Assembly (NCBI GenBank): GCA_028534125.1
Contig: CM052816.1
Span: forward strand, 36,520,001 to 36,584,000
Length of the DNA stretch: 64,000 nucleotides
Reading direction: 5' to 3'
DNA from: Lama glama
Taxonomy: Eukaryota
A model generated the notes under the pieces. The model saw only the letters and a program-made list of their open reading frames with translations, was not told where the DNA came from and ran no database searches. Of this stretch, positions 39,131-50,700 are shown one piece after another. A program made the translations under genes and the position numbers. Position 1 is the stretch's first letter; the number at the start of each line of letters is the position of its first letter.

Positions 39131-40267
39131 AAAAGAAGTTTTGATGTTTAATACTTATTAAAAGTGAAAGATTCAACTAACCAATTAAATAAAATTTTAA
39201 AAATACACGTGTAATGTTAAAGAAAATGTCAAGAATATATATGTAAGATAAGCTTTAAGTTTTAGGAAACAATTTCTTCTAAATCCTAGTTAATATTTTA
39301 AAAGTTACTGTTGAATAAGAATTATGGATAATCCATTTGTATTTTTAAAAAGAGTAATTAATGTTCTAAGAGAGAACTTAGAGCCAATTATACCCCCCCC
39401 CAAATAGACTAGAGGGTGAATGGAATGTTATGTAATTCTGAATTTGTAGATGTTAACTTATTTTTGTCTTCAATTTCTAAAATGAGAAAGACAAAGCTAT
39501 ATATCACACTTGTCAGAAAACACTTGCCATTTGTTAAAGGTGGGTAAACCAGGCAACTTAAATAATATAATGATAATTCAAGAATATGAAATCAGGGGAT
39601 GACTGATTCACATTTTAATAACAGCCAGTTACCTATCCTTGAACTTAATTTAGCTAAGTCATTCTGACTTACATTCTTGTCTTTTCTCTTTTTAGTAAGT
39701 ATCAGAGCTACAATAGCTTGAAATATGAGCAAATGTGAACTAGCCTTGTCAAGATAACTTCTAAACATAATGAGTGTACTTTGGCAAACCTTGGTAAGAA
39801 CAGGTCATTTTGTCAAGCAATTCTGTTACAAGATCTTGATAATACCTTTGGATTCAAACCATCATGCTTGAGCAGTTGCTGCCTAACAGGAATTTACCTC
39901 TATTAAATTGACTCAGAGAAGTTCCTCCTTCATGACAAGATGTGAAGTGAAATACTACATTTAGGATTGACTGGTCTTGAAAATCTCTGCTTTAAAATGC
40001 CACCTGGCTAAAAAATGTCTGATGCACCCTTTAATAACTTGCATCACTAATAATTTTGAAAATCAGAGCAGATGCAAAAACTCATGACAGCCTAATGATT
40101 ATTAGTAAAAATCCTATTTTCCAAAACAGGGAATTATCTCTAAAGCTTCATGACCTACAATTATGGTATACATATGCTTCCTATAAAACAGACTAAAATT
40201 CAAAAGGCAGAAAATAGTTTGTACATTTACTGTTCATGTTTCCTAAATCAGAAACTTATAGACAATA

Positions 40268-40808
40268 GTGTCACAGATATACCTAAGGTGGCCCCTGTTT
40301 TCCTTGCCTCCTGGTGTTTGTTTACACTTGGTTCTAAGCAATATAGTGTGACAAAAGTAATGGGATATCACTTCTATGATCAAATTACCTTATATGAGAC
40401 TCCGTTTTGCTAGTAAACTTTCTTTAGAGACTATCCTTGTTGGCTTGAAAAAATTAGCCCTCATTTTGGGAAAGCCCCACGGCAAGGAACTACAAGACAG
40501 TCTGCAGGACCTGGGAGGTTGCTCCTAGACAATAACCAGCAGGAAGATGGTGCCCTCAGTCCTATGCAAGAAAATAGATGCTGCGAGCAACCCGAGTGAA
40601 CTTAGAAGTGAGTTCTTCCTCAGTTAATTTTCAGACGAGAACACTGCTTTGCCAATATTTTGAATAAATTATGAGGGCTTAAGCAGAGGATATAGCTTAG
40701 CCATACTCAGATTCCTTGACCCATGGAAATTGTGAGGTAATAAATACGTGCTGTGTTAAGCTGCTAAGTTTGTGGTAATTTGTTATGCAGCAAGAGGTGA
40801 CTAATTGA
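40268..40808 (+). mobile_element. MaLR solo LTR (MLT1E-like)
   Basis: aaggtggcccc...gggatatcacttctatgat...ggcaaggaact...ccctcagtcctat...aataaatacgtgctgtgttaagctgctaagtttgtggtaatttgttatgcagca. Confidence 0.85.
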
Positions 40809-41131
40809 GATGGTAACCAGAAGATTACACAGCTTTGCACTTCTGCATGTTAGACTAATAGGCCCAAGTAGAGTACTCTAGGTGGGACAGGTAACGGGCC
40901 TGAAGAAGACCTAGGACAGCAGAGTATGCCTGAGTATGAAGTTTTTTCAAGCATGTATACATTCAAGTATCACAACAATCCACTGGAAGTGGAAGAGACT
41001 GCTTAGTTAATCAGTGATCACCTAGTGATCACTGATCATTAGAGGCAGGTCACTGTGTTGGAATCTGTATATGTTAATTTGTCCTTTGGTTATAAGTAAG
41101 GGGAGAGCCAATAGCACCTTATAGCTTAGAG

Positions 41132-41344
41132 CAGGGTTGGGCAAACTATGCCTTGTAGGGTAAATTTAACCTCTTTCCTATTTTTGTAAATACAATTTCA
41201 TTGGAAAAATGCCATGGTCATTTGTTTACATATTTTCTTTGGCTGCAATGATGGGATTGAGCAGTTGTGGTGAGGGTGTATGATCTGAAAAGCCTCAGAT
41301 ATTTACTGTTTGGCTCCTTGCTGGAAAAGTTTGCTGATCTCTTG
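41132..41344. mobile_element. MER58A-like hAT-Charlie MITE
   Basis: Imperfect TIRs cagggttgggcaaact / agtttgctgatctcttg; internal tttttgtaaatacaatttcattggaa and aagcctcagatatttactgtttggc. Confidence 0.8.
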
Positions 41345-41372
41345 GTTAGAACATGAGATAAAGTGGAATCTT

Positions 41373-41405
<33 letters not shown>

Positions 41406-41510
41406 ATATTATATATATGTATATATATACTACAAGACAGTCTGCAGGACCTGGGAGGTTGCTCCTAGACAATAACCAGCAGGAAGATGGTGCAGGTTCA
41501 TATATATATG

Positions 41511-41544
<34 letters not shown>

Positions 41545-41598
41545 TAGTATATACATACACACACACCCATATATATATCTTATACACATATACATATG
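41373..41598. repeat. Compound (TA)n(TG)n...(TA)n(CA)n microsatellite containing a 65-bp direct copy of 40489-40553
   Basis: 41429-41493 is identical base for base to 40489-40553. Confidence 0.95.
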
Positions 41599-41639
41599 TC
41601 CATTGGCAAATACTAAATCTAAAGAGATCTGTTTTATTT

Positions 41640-42400
41640 AAGCATTAATGAGTAAGAAAAGAGGGTTCTGAAGACATATTGTAAGACAAGCCATAGAGAT
41701 AGCTTTATGAAGACACATGGAAATATTACATGCATGAAAATGACCTAAAGAAACACCCAGAGTTAAAAAAAAATAGAACAAATGTTTTTGAAAAGCAATT
41801 AATTAAAGATATAACAAAAAATTTTTAGAGATGAATAAATCAGCTTGTTCGGTCAGATTAAAAATTTTGCATTTCAGTAGCTTTAATGAAAAGTGATACA
41901 CAGCTTGGTACGTGCTGAATTTTAAAATTACACACACGCACATACATAAACATACACTCTCAAAAGGGAAAACACTATAAAAAATAGCCAGATTGAAAAG
42001 ATATGTTGCATATACAAAAGTTACCAGTATGGCAACAGAATTTTCTTCTGCAATAATAAATTAAGATTAAAATTGGAGAACTTTGAGATACAAAAGCTTG
42101 TACTCAGTGTTTTTATACTTATCTAACTTGATTTTCAGATGCGCAAGTCAATAAAGTATATACTCAACTATGCAGATGTTCAGAATGCATAAATTATAGA
42201 TTAATTTTGAAACAATTACATAAATTAATGAAAAATAAATTAAGTGTTATGAATAGAAAGCTTATAAATAGAAAAGAACCTGCAGTGAACACTGAAACAA
42301 ACTGTTCATAGTTGAAGCTAAGTAAATGTTTCAAATTGGGTTAAAATTGGAAAAAAAAAAGTGCTTCAAATCGAAGATGTATAATTTAGAAATAATAATG
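41640..42400 (+). mobile_element. Ancient L1M ORF1 remnant
   Basis: aagatataacaaaaaatttttagagatgaataa...cagattaaaa, gcaacagaattttcttctgcaataata, ttttatacttatctaacttgattttcag. Confidence 0.45.
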
Positions 42401-45328
42401 AAATAATACTATTACAAGTTATCTGATATCCAGAAAGTACTAAGAACAGTGGGTTAAATGGGTGAGAGTCTGTGAGACTGTAATTAAATAGCATAATATA
42501 GAATGACAAAATGGCAAAAGAGAAGTTCAGGAGTTATTTAAGTAGAAATAATAGGGTTCATTGTATATAAAATATGTCCCTTACATGTTTTATTGTTAAG
42601 TATAAATTATGTTATCCATATCATGATTGGAAGGATATAATAAAGTTATTATCAGCATTATTTCTATGCATAAGAATTATGGGAAATTTATGTTCATGTT
42701 TATTTATCTGTATTTTCTACATTTATTACAGCCAATATATTTTATAAAGTAAAGAGTATTACAAACATATTCAAAATGGATATATCAAAATGTTTATTTT
42801 GGATATTAGTAGTATTAGAATTGTATTTTTTGTATTTGTCTTAATGTAGTTTTAATTAAAGTCAGGATTACTTCGACATTCAAAAAATTATTGTATAACT
42901 AGTTCAGAACCCCATTATTGTTTTGTAATAGAACATGGAATAAATTTCATTTAGTAATGAGCAATGTCAATGTTTAATAGCAACACCATTTTTGTCAAGT
43001 TATTAGTCTAAAACATTGAGGTATGGATACTCAAAGTTTAAAAAACAGTTGTTTAAATGATATTAGCTATTTTCTTTTAAGTTGTAATGCTTTGCTTGTA
43101 AATTGATCATTATGAAATACTGCGCTGTCTTGATAAATGATATGTGGTCACCCATGTTTATTAATGCCAGCTCATAATGATTAAAATTCATTTCTAGGCA
43201 AGTAGGTCAAGAATGCTCATATGACACGATCTTTAACGTTTGGTACATAATACAAGCGTAAAATGCAACAACAGAAAAAAATACATATATGAAGTGGTGA
43301 GCTTTGGATTACTTTATAGCATTTGGAATTTTCATAATTAGAATAGAAACAGGGTGGCTTGACCTCTAGGGAAGAAAACTGAGGTGAGAGGAGTGGAAAT
43401 CAAGATGAGAGCAGGAGATAAAAATCACCTGTAGCCAGATCACTTAGCCTGGTCAGGAAAGGGGAAGGGAGCAGGTCTTCATAAAGAAAAAGTCTATATA
43501 TGTTGGTTAGAATTGAGGATAATGCAGAGGTGGGATAAACAGGTGGGACTGTAAAAGAGGACTGCAATTTGCAAGAGACTTGGAGACAAATGAAAGAGGT
43601 TTGGCAACATATTCATGGTCTTTAAAGCAGCTGAGCTTCATAAATCTGGAGTCTGCCAGAATCATTATTCACAGTTCCCTATGTGTAAATCAGTTTGTGG
43701 GTAAGAAACTGGCATATGTAATTATTCGTTAATAGTCAGGACATACACAAGAAGAAATAAAACAGCATCAATACAAAATATGTGCTTATATTTATTTACA
43801 AAATAATTTGTTCATGGGAAAAGAAGTCATTTTCGTGGAAAAGAAATAGGGAAATTCAAAATCATAGCATTTATCATTCAAAATAACATATAAAATACCT
43901 CATAATTTATCTTTATAAGTCAAGTAGAATTATAAATCTAATTACTTTAAATTTAGCTGAATATGCAAAAAAATTCCTTACTGAAGCAGCTTAAGACTAT
44001 AAAGTTTGTTAGTAAATACATTAAATATTGTATGTATTGAGAAAACTAGGTAGGTGATGGAAGCAAAAAAGAAATACAGGACCTTCTGACAACGTATTCC
44101 ATAATACTATTAATTCAATGCAAAGTGGAAAACTTGAAAGCAACTGACAAAAGTGACTTTTAAAAAGAGAAAGCATGGATAAAGTCGAAAGAAAGTAATG
44201 TAGAGTCCAGCTGCTAACACAAAAGAGGAAATAGAAACGTTTCATACTTCTTGGCATCCTTCTACTGTAAGGTTTTCTGTATTTCAGTTGTTGATGTTCC
44301 TAATCCATTAGGGTTTTGCTTTTTGGCAAGGTAAGAACAGAAAAGACTTCATTGTGCCACTATAAACAAAGTTTAAGTAATTATACCTCAAAAGCTTTCC
44401 AAAAAGGATTTCTCTTCTCTGGACTTTGAAACTGGGTGTTGGAGAAAGCTTCCTGGTGTGGTATTTCTCAGTTTTCATTTTCACTTTGGCTAAAAGGCCT
44501 ATTTTTGCACTGCCTTTTTCTTATTTTGATAGATCCAAGTTGGTTTTATTTCTTGAGTAGCAGATGACTCTGAAATTATTGCAGGTGGCTAAGAGGATTT
44601 GGTTTTGTCTCATGTTAGGCATACTTCAACATATTGTAGTTGCATTTAGTGTAGCAGATTTTTACTAGTCTTTGCTTGCCTATTCTTTATTCACTCCCAA
44701 ATTTATTGTTTCTGTGCTATATTTTATAGATGTAATATATCTGAAGTCAATGAGTGGTTTGTCTAGATTAGAGTTTTGCTCTGAAAAAAGAAAGGAAGTA
44801 TGTTTCCAGAAATTAAATTGACCTAAAAAAGTATTGTTTTTCCATATTTAGGAGGTTGTCTTTGTCTTTTTTAAAAATTCTGGTTTCATTTACTTTTCAA
44901 CAAATTCACTTCTAATTCTAAGTCTTTTGTCAAGCAATAACTCTAAGTACTTTTTCCATTATTTTTACCATTTCCTTATTTGTTTTCTGAAAGTTTATTT
45001 CCTCTATCAAAGTTTTTAAAGGTAATCTGATCCATATTTGATAATACAAATTGCTCTAGATTGCCTTATCATCTATGTGTACAGATCATGCACCTTTATT
45101 TGGGTGGAAGGATGTCACTTTGGACATTTTATCTTTGGTAAAATAGAACTGTTAAGGACAGAGTTCGAAGGTAGTCTTTAAGTAAAGGAACTAGGTAAAA
45201 CTATGTAATATTCAGCAGGTTATTTGTTGTTAAAGTTTGTTTCATTAATACAGTTTTAGAACCAGAAAGTAGAGTCCTATGTCTGATGTGTTAGCTCAAA
45301 ATATAATTATGAAATTAAAAATAAGACA

Positions 45329-46403
45329 TTTTCAAATTAGAGTTCCCTCCAGATATATATCCAAGAGTAGGACTGCTGGATCATATGGTAAGTCTATTTT
45401 TAGTCTTTTAAGGAATCTCCATACTGTTTTCCATGACGGCTGCATCAAACTACATTCCCACTAACAGTGTAGGAGGGTTCCATTTTCTCCACAACCTCTC
45501 CAGCATTTATTATTCGTGGACTTTTGAATGATGTCCATTCTGACTGGTAGGAGGTGATACCTCATTGCAGTTTTGATTTGCATTTCTCTGATAATTAGCA
45601 ATATTGAGCATTTTTTCATGTGCCTATTGGCCATTTGTATACCTTCATTGGAGAATTGCTTGTTTAGGTCTTCTGCCTATTTTTGGACTGAGTTGTTTGT
45701 TTTTCTGTTACTAAGTTGTATAAGCTGTTTATATATTCTGGATATTAAACCTTTGTCAGTCACATCATTTGTAAATATTTTCTTCGATTAATTCAAAAAG
45801 ATATATGCACCCCAATGTTCATAGCAGCACTATTTACAATAGCCAAGATATGGAAACAACCTAAATGTCCATCGACAGATGACTAGATAAAGAAGTTGTG
45901 GTATATTTCTAAAATAGAATACTACTCAGCCATAAAACAGAAAAAAAATGACACTTGCAGCAACGTGGATGGACATAGAGATTGTCATTCTAAGTGAAGT
46001 AAGCCAGAAAGAGAAAGAAATATACCGTATGATATCGCTCACATGTGGAATTTAAAAAATTTAAAAAAAGGAGACTATGAACTCATCTACAAAACAGAAA
46101 TAGACTCACAGACATAGTAAACAATCTTATGGTTACTGGGGAAGGAGGTGGGAAGGGATAAATTTGGGAGTTTGAGATTTGCAAATGTTAGCCACTAGAT
46201 ATAAAAATAGGTTAAAAAAAAACAAGTTTCTTCTGTATAGCACAGGGAATAATATTCAATATCTTGTAACAACCTTTAATGAAAAAGAATATGAAAATGA
46301 ATATATGCATGTGTAAGTATGACTGGGACATTGTGCTGTACAACAGAAACTGACACCTTATAACTGACTATACTTCAGTAAAAAATAAATTAGTTAAATA
46401 AAA
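45329..46403 (+). mobile_element. Lineage-specific L1 with 5' inversion (twin priming)
   Basis: 45329-45788 is antisense ORF2 C-terminal sequence; 45789-46403 is the sense continuation through the 3' UTR and A-tail; the two pieces are adjacent in the uninterrupted copy near 15250. Confidence 0.92.
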
Positions 46404-46489
46404 TGGGCATGAAATTAAAGGTTAGATTATGATAAATTGATACTTTTATTGTATACTTTAAATAAACTTTTTCCACTTAAAATTTCAAA

Positions 46490-47305
46490 AAAATTGATTA
46501 AAACACAAGTTCCTACCCAGGAATCCCACTCCTGGGCATATATCCAGAAGGAACCCTATTTCAAAATGACACCTGCACCCCAATGTTCATAGCAGAGCTA
46601 TTTACAGTAGCCAAGACATGGAAACAGCCTAAATGTCCATCAACAGATGATTGGATAAAGAAGATGTGGTGTATTTATACACAGGAATACTATTCAGCCA
46701 TAAAGACCCACAACATAATGCCATTTGCAGCAACATGGATGTTCCTGGAGAATGTCATTCTAAGTGAAGTAAGCCAGAAAGAGAAAGAAAAATACCATAT
46801 GAGATCGCTCATACATGGAATCTAAAAAAAACAAAACAAAATAAAACATATATACAAAACAGAAACAGATTCATAGACATAGAATACAAACTTGTGGTTG
46901 CCAAGGGGGTGGGGGGTGGGAAGGGATAGACTGGGATTTTAAAATGTAGAATACATAGACAAAATTATACTGTATAGCACAGGGAAATATATACAAGATC
47001 TTACGTTAACTCAGAGAAAAAAATGTGACAATGAATTATATATATGTTCATGTATAACCGAAAAATTGTCCTTTACACTGAAATTTGACACAACATTGTA
47101 AAATGATTATAAATCAATAAAAAATGTTAAAAAAAAAACAAGTTCCTTCTGTATAGCACAGTGAACTATATTCAATACTTTGTAATAACCTTTAATGAAA
47201 AAGAATATGAAAATGAATATATGTATGTATATATGCATGATTGAAACATTGTGCTGTACACCAGAAATTGACACATTGTAACTGACAGTATTTCATAAAA
47301 AATAC
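46490..47305 (+). mobile_element. Short L1 3' tail, host of a nested L1
   Basis: aaaattgattaaaacacaagttcct (to 46514) resumes as tctgtatagcacagtgaactatattcaa (from 47148) and ends actgacagtatttcataaaaaa. Confidence 0.85.
46515..47137 (+). mobile_element. Younger-subfamily 5'-truncated L1 nested inside an L1 tail
   Basis: Open ORF2 C-terminus (ORF 46583-46825), distinct 3' UTR, poly-A, exact flanking repeat acaagttcct at 46505-46514 and 47138-47147. Confidence 0.93.
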
Positions 47306-47484
47306 ATTAAATTTAAACATATATAAGACCTGATTCTGATATAGCATTATTGCAATGGATGGGCTGGTAAAGAGCACCACTTCTCTTATGAAAGAAGAAT
47401 GTAGAAATATTCTACAAGAAGAATGTCCCTGGCCACAGGCTAGTGCTTAGGTAACCAACTGTTGCTTATATTCTCAAGTAAGTT

Positions 47485-47705
47485 TATATTTATTGAGTAA
47501 TTAATATGAGCCAATTGAATGCTTTGCTTATATTAACTAAATTAATTTTCATAGCAACCCTATGAGGTAGGAATATTAATAAACAAAGACAAGGAAACTG
47601 AAGCATAAGAATGATAAACAAAGGTCATATAGTGAGTGTGTCTGGCCAACATTTAAACTCAGGCTATCTGGCACCAGAGCTTAGTTCCTTAAATATCTGC
47701 TATAC
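47485..47705 (-). mobile_element. MIR SINE
   Basis: catagcaaccctatgaggtagg...aaggaaactgaagcataaga...aaggtcatatag...atttaaactcaggctatctggcaccagagc. Confidence 0.8.
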
Positions 47706-48724
47706 ATGTGAAATTGGGTTCTTACATCAACTAACTATCATCCAAGAAAAGTCACTGCCATCTACTTCTTTCATTCTTAGAGAAGATGCTTAGTCTTTGA
47801 GAGTTCAATGATAACTGGTAGAGGAAGCTAGGTTTCCTACTACTATTTCCTTGTTTGTATTATAGACCTGCTATAAATAGATTTGCTTTCTAAGATATGG
47901 GTTCTAGGAGACTTAATTTGATTTGCTCGAGTATGTAGTCAGGTAGAATTGAGATAGTTCTATTTTTTGTATTCTAGTTTTTAAAAATAAACTAATGGAC
48001 CCTACAGTACTGCTTTTATTTATTTGTTGGTACTTTTGTATTTGTAGGCTTTAATTAATTTATTTTTTTATGTAAGTAAATAAATATATACACACTAGTA
48101 TTCCAACTAGATGGTAAGATTTTGTCCTTTATTTTAAATGGATAATATCAAAAAGATTATGAATTACAATCTTTTATATCTACAAATAATAAAAATAAAC
48201 TTAGGTCCAGAAGTCCTATATAACTTGCTTATGGTTGTATAGTTCTTCATTGAAGGAATAAGGATAAGAACTCAACAGGGTGTCCTTTAGCCTAGTTCTG
48301 TGTGTACTGTAAGATACAGATGTTGGGTTAAAAATAAAAACTTCACATATTAGGCAACATAATTTTGCAATTTCGCTCAAGATAAAGATTTGCTAAGAAA
48401 TAAAGTAATATTCAAAACAATCTCAGTAAAAATTAATGTAATATTAAAATGTATCTAGCTTCAATACTGTCAACAGAGAAAATTTACTAATGACGTAATT
48501 CATGAAGCATCAGCCAGCAAGAAAAATACTCGATGGTTTGTCATAAATGTGATCACATGCTTAGAGTGTGTAGCGTGTGGATAGAACACTTAATGCATGT
48601 TTATTCTACAGGTAACATTTGCTTGAACTATCTGCTCTCATAACTCACATGTTGGCAGGAAAACCATTCACACATAATAGAAAATGCTTTACATAATAAT
48701 TAGAAAATTCTTTAGATTCAAACT

Positions 48725-48905
48725 TTGATTAGAATGTTGACAGCTCCATGTACTATCTGTGTGTCTCTGGCCAAGTTACCTTAATAATGCCTCAATTTCT
48801 TTGTATATGAAAGGGAGAGAATGCTGTACATGATTGTTTCTCTCAGTTAAATATATAAAGTGCTTTATACGCTGACATATAGTACATAGTTTAATAAAAT
48901 AGTAT
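48725..48905 (+). mobile_element. MIR SINE fragment
   Basis: cagctccatgtactatctgtgtgtctctggccaagttacctt...gcctcaatttctttgtatatgaaa. Confidence 0.6.
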
Positions 48906-50479
48906 TTTAGTATCTTTATTGTTGGTATTAACTGCTCAACAAACAAATCTATTGCAGAATTTTCTCAGGGTTGCTCTATAGGCTTTAAATCACTAGGCGA
49001 AGTACTTTTTCCTTCTAGTATAGTCTTGTATAGTCTTTTGGGGGAGAATGTTGTGAAGAAAGTTCAGTTAAAGTTAGAATCTCAAAAAATGCTCTGGGGG
49101 TGTACAAGACTGGAAAATACACAAGTTCTTATTTAATATGTTGTGAAATAAATGTATATGGGAAAATATAAAATATTATAAGAAAAACTGCTAACAATTA
49201 AATAAGATTCCTAGAACTTTTAAAATAAGTGTTAAGGGAAGCTGTAACAATGATAATCAGATCTGAAATTAGATCACTTAGAATGGCTTTATGTAGCAAT
49301 GAACTTTGAGTAAGATGTAAGCAAAGATATTATGAGTGGAGTAGGATGTAATGGACTTTCCAAATGCAGGGAAGGGCTTAAAGAGAACACTTAAAATTGT
49401 GAGCTAACGATTCAAAATGGCCAACTTTTGACATGTTTCTTTCACTGAACTGAACATTTTTGCCTAGGAATTAGAGAATATAGGAGAATGAACAATCTGC
49501 TGTTCTTTTCTTAGTGACAGGAAATATTGGATAAACATACATAATGGCATCTGCAACATCTTTCAAGCTTTGGGCAGAGATCCCAGTGATAGGAGTATTA
49601 ACACAATTGGAAAATTGCATCATTTAAAGAATAATTTTATTTAGGGAATATGTTACAGTCTTAAATATACCATTCTATTGTTATAACCTTTGCGTTGGCA
49701 GTTGATATGATTTTGGTGGTCAAGGATGGCTTTTGTGTCTATGATGCTTACTTTTGCATGATATAAATGATGGTCTTTGTTTTATGTTTTCTACCAAAGG
49801 TATATAACATTTTAGCTCATATATTTGTTAGGTGGTTCAATTCATAAAAAGCAAAAGAAAGTTCCTAGTTGAACAGCTTTAATAACTTTAATTTCACTTA
49901 TTTTATAGTTTATAATAATGATGAATGTCATTCATGTGAGGTAAAAATTTTAGAAGTCCATAATCCATTGATTTATTGCTGAATATTTCCCAGTTTAGTC
50001 CAAGAATGGGCAAACCTGCAACTTTTGTACTTTTAAATTAATCAAATTGTATAAGATAGTGAGTTGCCCAGTTAGTGATTTCTATAATTTCCCTGTGAAA
50101 AGTGTCTCTAATTGTTAGCCTTGACTGCTCTGGGCAATGTCACATTTAACTACTACTGTGTTCCTGTCTTTCACTGCTACTGTATGACATGGTTATGCAC
50201 AATTCATGCAGATTTTTATTCTTCTCCTTCTTTCTCCACAATCTAAATATGCATTGAACATATTACAAAGGCAATCATTTGGAAGAAATCTTAATTGGTC
50301 CTATAAGCAGAAGTTGTCAGTGATCACATTGTGATGTATACACTAAGCAAACAGAAGGAATGAAAATGTTTTTCCAGTGAAAATTTCTTTTAGAATGACT
50401 TCTACTGAGTTAAAATGATTTATGTCTATCATTATGAGTGTATATATTCATGTACTTCATAGAAAGGTGCAATTTATAG

Positions 50480-50700
50480 ATGGAGGCAATATAGTGAATG
50501 GACTTTGTAGTCAGACAGGCAAGTGTTCAAGTCTTGCCTTTAAATGACATTTTCAGCACATGAATCTAGATGTGAATCCAGAATTACTATTTAAATTACG
50601 AACATTGTTTTTTCCATCATGTGTAAAACAAAGACCTACTGGGACACTGCTTTACTAAAAGTCCTCCATATGGTATTACTGTCATTATGATATTATTATT
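50480..50700 (+). mobile_element. MIR SINE fragment
   Basis: ggaggcaatatagtgaatggactttgtagtcagacaggcaagtgttcaagtcttgcct. Confidence 0.5.

Noticed and set aside
41218..41641. 125-aa and 92-aa overlapping ORFs
   Set aside because: Open mainly because dinucleotide repeats lack stop codons; low-complexity YI/CV/HT translations
44288..44330. 43-nt plus-strand exon candidate (tttcag / gtaaga)
   Set aside because: Good splice signals but no recognisable peptide, not frame-preserving and no partner exons
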